NCBI GenBank assembly: GCA_937960625.1
Contig: CALGPD010000205.1
Span: 1-30,253 of the forward strand
Length of the DNA: 30,253 bases
Direction of reading: 5' to 3'
Source: an uncultured Spirochaetia bacterium
GTDB taxonomy: Bacteria > Spirochaetota > CALGPD01
A model generated the notes under the pieces. That model saw only the letters and a program-made list of their open reading frames with translations, was not told the origin of the DNA and searched no databases. Made by a program: the position numbers and the translations under genes. This document shows positions 17,349 through 26,347 of this stretch, one piece after another. The first letter of the stretch is position 1. Every line of letters starts with the position of its first letter.

Positions 17349-17476
17349 CTTATATACCTTACTATTTAATTATCATAAATTTAAATATATTTTCACCTGA
17401 ATTAAAGTTTCAGGGAAAAATTTAACTAATTCTTATTATACAATATATTTTAAATTTTCTTTCAACGTTTATTAAA

Positions 17477-18385
17477 TTAAACAAAATATTTTAATATTTC
17501 AAACCATAAAAATAACGTTGCAAACGAAAGCGGAATACCCACACCGAGTATGCCGCTTGCGAGTTCCGGGTCAAGTCCGTACATCTCGGCTATTATACCT
17601 CCGGTAATCATTGGAGCCATAGCTGCTTCAAAAATTGTTATTTGTAAAACAGAACCCCTAACACCGAATATAAAAGCGAAAATAGTTAATAAAACTGCGG
17701 GCCCTAGTATTAACTTATAAACAACGCCTATTGAAATTTTAGCAAGATTTTTCCTCATGGATTTAAAATTAATCATCATGCCGACGGAAATCAGAGCTAT
17801 AGGAGCCAGAGTACCGCTTAGCCGTTTTAATATTACTTTAACCATATCAGGATATTTAACCGGAATTAAAGCCAAACCAGCAATTAAACTTAAAAGCGGA
17901 GGAAACGTAAATATTTTCTTTAGCATCCGGGATTTATTAAATTCAAACCCGGAATAACGCGTTGCTATTAATATCCCGACAGTGGATAAAACGAGGAAAG
18001 TTCCCAGCTGGTTATACATTATGCCGATTCCCATTAGTTTTTTCCCGTAAAAAGCTTCAATCATGGGAAATCCTATGAAAGATGTATTACCCAGCCCCGT
18101 TGTAATTATTAAACACCCAATTATTGCTTTACTAAAGCCGGCTTTCTTTCCAATAATATTAAATAGTCCTATTGCCATAAATACAAGCATCCATTCCGCG
18201 AGTACGGCAATAATTAAGGCCGGTTCAAAGGTTATGGTTTTTACGAATAAAACCGTTGTTGCGGGCAGGGCAACGTATATAATGTAAAAGTTTAATGCCC
18301 GTGGAGTATTCTCAGGCAATGTAGGAACCATTCTCAGCAAAATACCGATTATAAAACATATGAAAAGAAGAAGAATATTAGTCAT
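17477..18385 (-). CDS. AEC (auxin efflux carrier / malate permease-like) family membrane transporter
   Basis: About 300 aa with about 10 predicted TM segments in two 5-TM halves, which is typical AEC architecture. I chose the ATG at 18385 (MTNILLLFICFIIG...); the ORF track starts upstream at 18442. Confidence 0.6.
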   Translation of the reverse strand: MTNILLLFICFIIGILLRMVPTLPENTPRALNFYIIYVALPATTVLFVKTITFEPALIIAVLAEWMLVFMAIGLFNIIGKKAGFSKAIIGCLIITTGLGNTSFIGFPMIEAFYGKKLMGIGIMYNQLGTFLVLSTVGILIATRYSGFEFNKSRMLKKIFTFPPLLSLIAGLALIPVKYPDMVKVILKRLSGTLAPIALISVGMMINFKSMRKNLAKISIGVVYKLILGPAVLLTIFAFIFGVRGSVLQITIFEAAMAPMITGGIIAEMYGLDPELASGILGVGIPLSFATLFLWFEILKYFV

Positions 18386-18523
18386 GTTTTCCCTATTACT
18401 TTTGCGGCAACTGTTAATTCTGCATAATATAATAAAAATCAATATTATTTTGAATTTTTATTAGAAATAAAAGTTTTTCATATTATAATTACCACGGTTA
18501 AATTATTTATTCATGGAAAGCCA

Positions 18524-18787
18524 ATGGAAAACGTTATTTTATCAACCGGAGACATTAAAAAAGACTATGAAATTATTGATGTAATTTTTGCTCAGGCAGG
18601 CATACACAATCCTTATTTTGCCGGGCCTCAGTATAATGAATCATTTGACGAATTAAAGAAGATATTAAAGCAAAAATGCGCGGAAATTGGCGGAAATGCG
18701 GTTATTAATGTACGGTTTGAGTATCAGCACACTAAGAATAATATTCACGAGTTATTTTCTTATGGAACATGCGTAAAGTTTAAGTAG
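18524..18787 (+). CDS. YbjQ/UPF0145 (DUF74) family small protein
   Basis: 87 aa: ILSTGDIKKDYEIIDVIFAQ...CAEIGGNAVINVRFEY. This is like the YbjQ pattern (I.TT..I.G..I...G.V.....GANAVIGV). Confidence 0.5.
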   Translation: MENVILSTGDIKKDYEIIDVIFAQAGIHNPYFAGPQYNESFDELKKILKQKCAEIGGNAVINVRFEYQHTKNNIHELFSYGTCVKFK

Positions 18788-18974
18788 CAGAATTGACTTA
18801 TTTAAGCATTTCCCTTTTTATATTTTTTCTAAAAAAACGACAAAAAATGCTATTCTCCTAATTTAAAATGTATAAATTTATCTATTATTTTTTGAGGAAA
18901 AACATTCTTTTTAGTTAATAAAAGAATTGAAAAAAGAATTGAATTCAAATAGTCATTATAAAAATAAAAACCTG

Positions 18975-20087
18975 ATGCTATTAAGCATATCCAATTTTTT
19001 ATTCTACTCTTCTACAGGGCTTTTCTTTTTTCTCCCTGTATATATTTCAGAGCTTAAAGTCTCAAAGTTATATCTCGGTTTTATTATGGGTATGCCTTCA
19101 ATAATTCAAGTAGCATTTGGTTTCCAAATCAGAAACAAAATCGATTTCATTAATAAAAAAACCGGGTTACTCGTTACAAGTATTATTTCAATAGCCGTAT
19201 GTATTGCGTATTTTTTTCTTAATAATATTTTTATAATTCCGGTAATCAGGTTTTTCCACAGCCTTGTATTAAGCGTTGGAATATTATTCGGAACAGCGCT
19301 TGCCATTGATTTAATTCCCGTTGAAAAAAGAAAATCAGGCATAGGCCTTTATTCTTTAACCGGAGCATTGCCCTTTTTATTTGCCCCTATGACAGCCGAA
19401 ATAATAATCAAACATTTTGATTTTAAGTACGTTTTTATCCTAGCTGCTATTATCTCATTATTGCGATTTATTATAACATTAACCGTAAAAACAAACGGCA
19501 ATTCAGCGTCAATAAAAAAACAGGATGAAAACACAAAAATATCAAAATATTACAGCCTTATTCCTTTTGTTATCTTTTACGGAGCTTTATATGCAGCGCT
19601 GTATAAATTTTTAAGTGTATACACTATTCAGCTAAAAATAATATATATATCTATATTTTTTCAAGTGAGGGTAATTTTTACTTTTCTGTCAAGAATTGTT
19701 TCACAAAGCAAACTGGATAAATGGAAAAATATCTCAATACTTTCAACGAGTTTTATAAGTTCATTTGCCGTTTTATTTCTCGGATTTATATTAAAATTTA
19801 AACCAAGCGTTTATATTCTCGCTATTATGGGAGCAATATATGGAAGCGTTCATGGAATTCTTTATCCGGCTTTAAACGTTTTATTTATAAATATAACGCC
19901 CACAAGAACGGGAAAAGCTACAATTTATTTTATATTAATTAAAAATATAGGAATTGCAGTGTTTGCCTTATTATGCGGATTAATTGCAGATTATACCGGA
20001 TATAATATAATGTATTTAATCATGGCAATATTAATGCTTATTCCGGTTTTATACGGTGTATTTATTAGGAAAAGATTGGAAATATAA
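18975..20087 (+). CDS. MFS-type transporter
   Basis: About 12 hydrophobic segments. I chose the ATG at 18975 (MLLSISNFLFYSS...) because the ORF track starts at an upstream TTG at 18927. No SD is present. Confidence 0.65.
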   Translation: MLLSISNFLFYSSTGLFFFLPVYISELKVSKLYLGFIMGMPSIIQVAFGFQIRNKIDFINKKTGLLVTSIISIAVCIAYFFLNNIFIIPVIRFFHSLVLSVGILFGTALAIDLIPVEKRKSGIGLYSLTGALPFLFAPMTAEIIIKHFDFKYVFILAAIISLLRFIITLTVKTNGNSASIKKQDENTKISKYYSLIPFVIFYGALYAALYKFLSVYTIQLKIIYISIFFQVRVIFTFLSRIVSQSKLDKWKNISILSTSFISSFAVLFLGFILKFKPSVYILAIMGAIYGSVHGILYPALNVLFINITPTRTGKATIYFILIKNIGIAVFALLCGLIADYTGYNIMYLIMAILMLIPVLYGVFIRKRLEI

Positions 20088-20129
20088 AAACTATATCTTA
20101 TTTTAAAATTTCCTATTTAGGAGGAAAAA

Positions 20130-21179
20130 ATGAATATTTGTTTTATAATAAATGATTGGAAAACAGTGGAAACTAAAACAGAAACCACTATCAGGCTAAT
20201 ACATGAAAGCGCAATAAGAAATCATAATGTAGGAATTCTTTACACACAAAATCTAACTATTAGAAATAACGTTGCTTATGGTTTTGTTAAAACCATAAAA
20301 AAAATGGATAAGGTTCCTGACAATATAGAATCTTTTTATAAAAAAGCTGAGTTAATTGAAAAGATGTTACCCATGAACGGTTTTGATGCTATTTTCATCC
20401 GTAAAAATCCGCCTGTGGATAACATTATGCTTAATTTTCTTGATTCAATAAGAGATGAGACATTCTTAATCAATGATATTCACGGTATCAGAAAAGCAAA
20501 TAATAAATTATACACAGCGCTTTTTCACGACCCAAAAAATGAATTTCTTCCTGTTACCCATGTTTCCAAAAACATTAAATATCTCAAAAAAACTATTGAA
20601 GAATCAAATAATGAAAAAATGATATTAAAACCTCTAAATGCTTACGGCGGCAGCGGGGTTATCGTACTTGAAAAAAACGCAAAACACAATATCAACTCCC
20701 TTCTTGAATTTTACATTGAAGGCAAAGAACAAAAAAATTACGTTATAGTTCAAGAATATGTTGAAGGCGCGGAAAAAGGAGATATACGCGTTCTAATGTT
20801 AAACGGTCAGCCCGTAGGAGCGTATAAACGGGTACCCGCGGCTGACGATATAAGGGCAAATATTCATGCAGGCGGAAAGGCTGAAAAACATAAACTCACG
20901 GAAAAAGAAAAAATGATTTGTAAAAAAATAGGCCCGCAGCTTGTTTCTGACGGGATATTCTTTGCCGGTATAGATATTATCAATAATAAACTCATTGAAG
21001 TTAACGTATTATCTCCGGGCGGTATTGCAAACGTAAACAGGCTGAATAAAACCAAAGTCCAAAAAAAAGTAATTGATTTCATTGAAGACATGATTGCAAA
21101 GAGAAATGATATTATTAATCAGCGCCAGGCAGCAATCGAAAGAAAGAAATTATTTAATTCGGAGTTTAATAGTGATTAA
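20130..21179 (+). CDS. ATP-grasp amidoligase of the glutathione synthetase (GshB)/RimK clade
   Basis: A strong RBS AGGAGGAAAAAATG is present. The protein is colinear with E. coli GshB in both the N-terminal substrate domain (FIRKNPP, NNKLYTALF) and the ATP-grasp domain (ILKPLNAYGGSGV, GDIRVLMLNGQPVGAYKRVPAADDIRANIHAGGKAEKHKLTEKEKMICKKIGPQLVSDGIFFAGIDII..EVNVLSPGG). Confidence 0.85.
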   Translation: MNICFIINDWKTVETKTETTIRLIHESAIRNHNVGILYTQNLTIRNNVAYGFVKTIKKMDKVPDNIESFYKKAELIEKMLPMNGFDAIFIRKNPPVDNIMLNFLDSIRDETFLINDIHGIRKANNKLYTALFHDPKNEFLPVTHVSKNIKYLKKTIEESNNEKMILKPLNAYGGSGVIVLEKNAKHNINSLLEFYIEGKEQKNYVIVQEYVEGAEKGDIRVLMLNGQPVGAYKRVPAADDIRANIHAGGKAEKHKLTEKEKMICKKIGPQLVSDGIFFAGIDIINNKLIEVNVLSPGGIANVNRLNKTKVQKKVIDFIEDMIAKRNDIINQRQAAIERKKLFNSEFNSD

Positions 21180-21216
21180 ACTTTCTATAGAGGAAATAGT
21201 TGAAAAAATCAATAAC

Positions 21217-23163
21217 ATGGAGGCTTTTTCAGCAATCTCGGGCAATGATGAATTTAGTATTACTATAGAAAAATACGTTCCGTTTGTATGCGCGGCCATA
21301 CATAACGGCGGCAATTTTCTTAAACAGGTTTCAGATAAACTGCATATTTCCAAGTTTGAAAGATGGAACGAAGAAGATCCATTAACAGGGTCTTTTATAT
21401 TACCTTTTCCAATTAGAATCATAGTTTATGATTCACGCTATGAATATGATTTAAACAGAAATCCGGAAAATTGTATATATGAATACGCATGGAATAAACA
21501 GGTTTATGAAACGCCTTTAACCCAAGAGGAAAAAAAAATCTTTTTAACAAGGCATGAAAACTTTTATAAAGTTATTAACGCGTTAATATCAAAGCTTGAA
21601 AAATTATTCAAAGCATGTGTCGTATTCGATATTCATTCATACAATCATCAAAGGTTTGGAGAAAAGCGGGACCTTCCTTTGTTTAATCTTGGAACGGAAA
21701 AAGTTAATACAAAAAAATTCGGCAAATATATCAACTATATTACTGAACAACTTTTAAAAATAAAAATTGAAGGTGTAGTAAATAGAGTCGCGATAAATGA
21801 AGTCTTTTTCGGCAGAGGATATTTTCTAGAATATATAACGAAAAATTTTAAAAACACTCTTGTATTGGCTACAGAAATTAAAAAAGTGTATGTGGATGAA
21901 AATACCGGAGATGAGTTTCCAGGGATTATTGAAGATTTAAAAAACGGGCTCAAAGAAACCGTTTTAAATACCTCAAACTTTTTCATTAATGATACTACAA
22001 CGTTAAACGTTAAACAAAAATATAATCTATTAGGAGAAACTTTTACAGACGGGATAAATTTAGTTGATAATCAATTACACAAACTTGTTTCCAAAATCGA
22101 TTTCTTAACCTATATTAATCCGGTAAATATTGAAACGGAAAAATCTAAATTCATAAAATCAAAATATAAAAAAACTCCAGTATTCAGATATAAACACCTT
22201 ACTAAGGATATTTATTTTCTGAAAAAAAACTTATATTCAATCCCTATAGACAAAATAAAAGACGCAACCATAAAATCGTTTTATACAGAAGTGATTGAAA
22301 AACAAAGTATTGTATCTGATTTGTTATTAAATAGAGGAAATCACACATTTTTATATAATTCCCTTAGAAATTATGGTGAACCGTCTAAAACAGATATTGA
22401 AAATGCGCGGTTTTTAATTTCCGCTGTTGATAACGCTAACAACGCGAAAACATTTACCGCGGACGAGGCATTTACTATTTTCAAGGAACACGTTGACAGG
22501 TTAAACATTAAGTGCAAAGTTGAAGTCAGCTCAAAAATTGTGTCAAAGGTTATGATGGTTAAAAATACGGTGCTAAGAATACGTAAAAACAGCGTGTTTA
22601 CTGAAAACGAAATCATAGCGCTTGTAAATCATGAAATCGGCGTACATTTATTTACAACGCTAAATTCTAAAAGAAACCGGTTAAAAGTATTGCGTTTCTC
22701 TTTGCCCGGCGCAACGGAAACACAGGAAGGCCTTGCAATTTTAAGTGAAATGTTAAGCGGAAATATGACTGTAAAAAGATTGAAGGAACTGGCTTACAGA
22801 ACCATTCTAATTAAAAAAATGCTGAACGGAATCTCTTTTAACGAAGCTTTTCTATACCTAAAAGAAGAACACGGTTTTGAGGATGACAACGCGTTTTACC
22901 TTACAACTCGAGTATTCAGAAGCGGAGGGCTTACAAAAGACCGGCTGTATTTAAGCGGATTTAAGAAAATGTATGATTATTATAAACAAGGCAGGGACCT
23001 ATCAATATTATATACGGGAAAAACTTCCGAAAGATATAGGGACATTTTATTTGAATTACAGGCTAGAGGGTTAATCGATAAACCCAAATACATTAATCCA
23101 TGCTTTAGCAAACCGGAAAAAATAGACCCTGTAATTGAGTTTATAGCGGATTCGCTTAAATAA
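21217..23163 (+). CDS. Fusion protein: N-formylglutamate amidohydrolase (FGase)-like domain + DUF1704 / MATCAP-like metallopeptidase domain (QEGLA motif)
   Basis: N-terminal about 280 aa: VPFVCAAIHNGGNF...VVFDIHSYNHQRF is FGase-like. C-terminal about 380 aa carries VNHEIGVHLFTT (HExxxH), PGATETQEGLAILSE (QEGLA) and SGGLTKDRLYLSGF. The ORF is open from 21094, overlapping the ATP-grasp gene by 86 nt. The first ATG after the upstream stop is 21217. Confidence 0.75.
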   Translation: MEAFSAISGNDEFSITIEKYVPFVCAAIHNGGNFLKQVSDKLHISKFERWNEEDPLTGSFILPFPIRIIVYDSRYEYDLNRNPENCIYEYAWNKQVYETPLTQEEKKIFLTRHENFYKVINALISKLEKLFKACVVFDIHSYNHQRFGEKRDLPLFNLGTEKVNTKKFGKYINYITEQLLKIKIEGVVNRVAINEVFFGRGYFLEYITKNFKNTLVLATEIKKVYVDENTGDEFPGIIEDLKNGLKETVLNTSNFFINDTTTLNVKQKYNLLGETFTDGINLVDNQLHKLVSKIDFLTYINPVNIETEKSKFIKSKYKKTPVFRYKHLTKDIYFLKKNLYSIPIDKIKDATIKSFYTEVIEKQSIVSDLLLNRGNHTFLYNSLRNYGEPSKTDIENARFLISAVDNANNAKTFTADEAFTIFKEHVDRLNIKCKVEVSSKIVSKVMMVKNTVLRIRKNSVFTENEIIALVNHEIGVHLFTTLNSKRNRLKVLRFSLPGATETQEGLAILSEMLSGNMTVKRLKELAYRTILIKKMLNGISFNEAFLYLKEEHGFEDDNAFYLTTRVFRSGGLTKDRLYLSGFKKMYDYYKQGRDLSILYTGKTSERYRDILFELQARGLIDKPKYINPCFSKPEKIDPVIEFIADSLK

Positions 23164-23171
23164 TATTCATT

Positions 23172-23193
23172 GAACAGCGCCACAGCTCTGTTC
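23172..23193. terminator. Hairpin at the convergent gene junction (weak terminator candidate, no U-tract)
   Basis: GAACAGCGC-caca-GCTCTGTTC, a 9-bp stem with one mismatch. It lies between the + gene stop (23163) and the end of the minus-strand pseudogene (23207). No flanking T-run is present on either strand. Confidence 0.25.
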
Positions 23194-23206
23194 CTAAAGA
23201 AAATGT

Positions 23207-24990
23207 CTAATTCTCTAAAGGCAAGGCAAACCAAAAATCACTGCCCTTGCTTGGTGAACTCTCAACTCCTATACTTCCATTATGAAATTCCACTATTTTT
23301 ATGCAAATGGATAATCCAAGCCAGGAGCCTTTTTCCCGTTTCAATCCTTTTATTCTTGCTTTTGTAAAAGGCTCAAATATTAATTTATGGTTTTGTTCTT
23401 CAATTCCAATTCCGTTATCTACAACGTGGGTAATTATCTCGTTATTTTGCAGATAACTTTGTATTTTAATTTCACAGTGTTCAGGCGTAAATTTAATAGC
23501 ATTGGTAATAAAATTGCTCAATACGCTGTAAACTTTCTCTTTGTCTATTTCAATAAGTATCAACAATTTCTCCGATAACAAGGTTTATATTTTTCGTTTT
23601 GCAGATAATATTAAACGTTGTAACCGCATCGGAAATTAAATCCGATAATTTTACGCTATTTACATCGAGTTTAACTTTGCCTGAATCAAACAAAGCAATA
23701 TTGAGAAAATCATTTGCCATTTTTAAAATAGTCTGCGAGTTTTTATTTATAATCTCAAGATAGGATTTAATATTTTCAGGAAGATTATTTTTTAAAAGTA
23801 TTTTCGATGTGCCCAAAATAGAACCAAAACCGTTTTTATGTCATGGTTTACCATGGCAACGAAGTTATCTTTAATATTGGAAAGCTTTCTTAATTCCGTT
23901 ATATCCCTGCCCACAATCTGGATTTCCTTAATATTACCCGTTTCATCGAATATTCCACGGGCAACCCAATGAATCCAGCGCAAACCCTTATCAGGCAGAA
24001 ATAATTTATAAGTATTTGAAGAGCTATTATGGCTTGCTAATATTTTGCTAATTCTTTCTTTGATTGTAGCCAAATCAGAATCATCTATAAAACCATATTC
24101 AAAAAGGCTGTTTAGATTCATTTTAAGGAGTTGTTGTTCATTAATCCCCGCGCATTCACAAAATACGTTATTTACATAAACAATATTTAAATAAGGGTCA
24201 AATCTTACTATCAGGTCGTTCATTTCAGATACAACGCTTTTATACCGCTACTCGCTTTGTTTTAGCTGCTCTTCGAGTTTTTTCTTCTCTGTAATATCAC
24301 GGGCGATTATTATACTATAAGGATTAGAATTTAAATAGGCAGCACGCATTTTTATATCCCATAAAAACTTTTTACCTGATTTTGATTGATACCAATATTC
24401 AAATCTAACCCTTCCGTCATTCTTGACAAACTCATCAAATACCTGTTTCAATTTTTTATGAGCATCTTCATCAGGGAAATATGAGATATCATTCATAGAC
24501 ATACCAATAAGTTCATCTTTAGAATATTCTAATTTCTTACAAGCTTCTTCATTTGCATCATAAATTATGCCTCTAGCAGAAATTATGATTATATCATTAC
24601 GATGGTTGAAAAAGCTTCATAATTCTGAGACCTTAATTTATCATATCTTATATCAAGCAATGAAAAAATTACAACTATTTTCAAATTATCGTTTTAGTTA
24701 TTAAAAATATTCAAACTATAAGATACATCTATAATTTCATTGGTTTTATTGATTAGACATGATTTCCAACTTGCTAAATTTTTCTTTTCTGCTTTTTTAA
24801 ATCTGATAATTTGATTTTCAATTGATAATTGGCAAATTGATACTTTTGCTTCTAAATCTGAAATCGATTTTCCATACAAATCATTTAAATCATATTTAAA
24901 AGTCTCTAAAAAAAGTTTATTCGCGTATTCAATATTGTAATCTTTATCAAGCTACAATAATAAAACGGGTGAGTTTTCAACTATTTCTTT
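23207..24990 (-). pseudogene. Decayed multi-PAS sensor histidine kinase (HisKA + HATPase_c), disrupted by 2 in-frame TAG codons and at least 3 frameshifts
   Basis: Collinear minus-strand fragments run from PAS (INLVVDYKEIVENSPVLLL*LDKDYNIEYAN...) through PAS (DIIIISARGIIYDANEEACKKLEYSKDELIGMSMNDISYF...), a linker KLEEQLKQSE*RYKSVVSEMNDLIV, a third PAS (GLRWIHWVARGIFDETGNIKEIQIVGRDITE), H-box FVAMVNHDIKT, and the C-terminal part of the HisKA domain. The HATPase N/G boxes follow (NFITNAIKFT, VVDNGIGIE, GSWLGLSI). In-frame TAGs are at 24248-24250 and 24953-24955. Frame changes occur near 23565-23580, 23800-23812 (in an A5 run) and about 24560-24600. Confidence 0.75.
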
Positions 24991-25091
24991 GTAGTCTACC
25001 ACAAGGTTAATCCTTATATGTTAAATAAATAAACGTATAAAATTTATACAGAAATTAAATTTCGTTAATAAATTTTACTCGAACATTTAAA

Positions 25092-26120
25092 TTAATCATA
25101 ATCACTATCGTCCCAATTCATTCTTTTATATTTATAATAATTCCTTATTAAACTCCTTAACAGAAATATTGAAATAAGGAGTATGGCTCCTAAAACGTAA
25201 AAATGTCCACGGTATGGCTGTACATATTCTATTGTCCATTTTTGCCTGATTATTTTGGGGTTTGATTTTAAATAGTATAATTTATACTTTCTTCCTCTTT
25301 TGTAATAACAATTATCCATTGGAAAATCACTTTGTGCTGTAACCCATCCCGGCCCAGCTTTAAATCTTAGAAAAGCATACCGGTTAAATACGCTGTATCT
25401 GCCAACGGGAATACTTCCCACAACTATTGCCTGTGTAAAAACGGCTCTTTTTTTAAAATTTTCAAGATGTTTGATATAATTCGACGGTTCATTAATCATA
25501 CGCCAAAACCCAAAAGCAGCTAAAAAACCTATAATTGGAAGAAGCGTCCAACCGATAAATGCGCAAGTATATTTTAAACGGTTTTTATTACGGAAAGTTG
25601 AAAAATCAAGCTGTTCGCGATTTGATAAATGCCTTTTCACAAAAAACACGACGAGAATATTATAAATACAAAAGAAAATAAGCGCAAGGCCAAGACATTT
25701 ACATAAAATAAAGACTTTAAACTTATAAGGGCTAAAGTGTTTATTTGCCGTTACCTTATTTATATTATTATAAATATACGTTACTTTTGTAACAGTTTTA
25801 CGTATTTTTTTTTCTCTGTTTTTAATATCTTTAATACCATACTCTGAAACGGATGTAACGTATTTTTGGTTTTCATTATTATAATATCGCAAAACAGGAT
25901 AATATATGGTTGCTTCGGTTTTACTATCTGTTTTTTTCTTATATCCCAAAAATCTTGCTTTTGTTTCCACTCCGTTTGTAACGTATAGCCAACGGTTTTT
26001 ATCAGTATAATACGATACAGAATAAGAAGGGGCAAAATATAAAAACAAGCCTATTAATACTAATATTCCGTATATGTAAGCAAGATAAAATTGTTTAAAA
26101 AATTGAAAACGGTCTTTCAT
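25092..26120 (-). CDS. Integral membrane protein of unknown function with two repeated TM-soluble-TM modules (DUF3592-like)
   Basis: The RBS is GGGGAAATAATG. TM segments are at about aa 13-32, 136-160, 185-205 and 300-322. Each flanks a beta-rich segment of about 100 aa. The C-terminus is an acidic tail DDSDYD. Confidence 0.5.
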   Translation of the reverse strand: MKDRFQFFKQFYLAYIYGILVLIGLFLYFAPSYSVSYYTDKNRWLYVTNGVETKARFLGYKKKTDSKTEATIYYPVLRYYNNENQKYVTSVSEYGIKDIKNREKKIRKTVTKVTYIYNNINKVTANKHFSPYKFKVFILCKCLGLALIFFCIYNILVVFFVKRHLSNREQLDFSTFRNKNRLKYTCAFIGWTLLPIIGFLAAFGFWRMINEPSNYIKHLENFKKRAVFTQAIVVGSIPVGRYSVFNRYAFLRFKAGPGWVTAQSDFPMDNCYYKRGRKYKLYYLKSNPKIIRQKWTIEYVQPYRGHFYVLGAILLISIFLLRSLIRNYYKYKRMNWDDSDYD

Positions 26121-26347
26121 TATTTCCCCATATTTTCATAAATATTACTTAAATTCCTAAAAAAGTCGTGCATAAAAACATGGAAAATGCGTTTTTAATA
26201 ATTCTGTAATAAAGGCATGAAAATATGTAATAATTTAAAAACAGAATTAGATAATAAACTAGATTTAAATTTCGAGTCATTATATATTTTACTGTATATT
26301 AAAAATTAGCAGGTTTAGAAAATCTAAGTTTTTAATTAGGTATCAAA

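Noticed and set aside
17384-17405. Hairpin CCTGAA-attaaagt-TTCAGG between the AEC transporter and the OMP gene
   Set aside because: No U-tract follows it on either strand. It could be a chance palindrome in an AT-rich spacer. I left it uncalled.
18922-18944. Direct repeat AAGAATTGA x2 just upstream of the MFS start
   Set aside because: A short A-rich repeat that overlaps the candidate TTG-extended N-terminus. Insufficient to call a regulatory site.
19620-19680. AT-dinucleotide-rich stretch (ATATATATATCTATATTTTTT) inside the MFS gene as a possible insertion or phase-variable tract
   Set aside because: The reading frame is maintained through it and encodes a plausible hydrophobic TM segment. 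The TA repeat is only about 5 units.
24248-24955. TAG read-through / genetic-code reassignment as an explanation for the in-frame TAGs in the PAS-HK locus
   Set aside because: TAG is used as a normal stop elsewhere in the window, for example at murC and the REC-PP2C gene. The same locus also carries at least three frameshifts, so pseudogenisation explains everything more simply.
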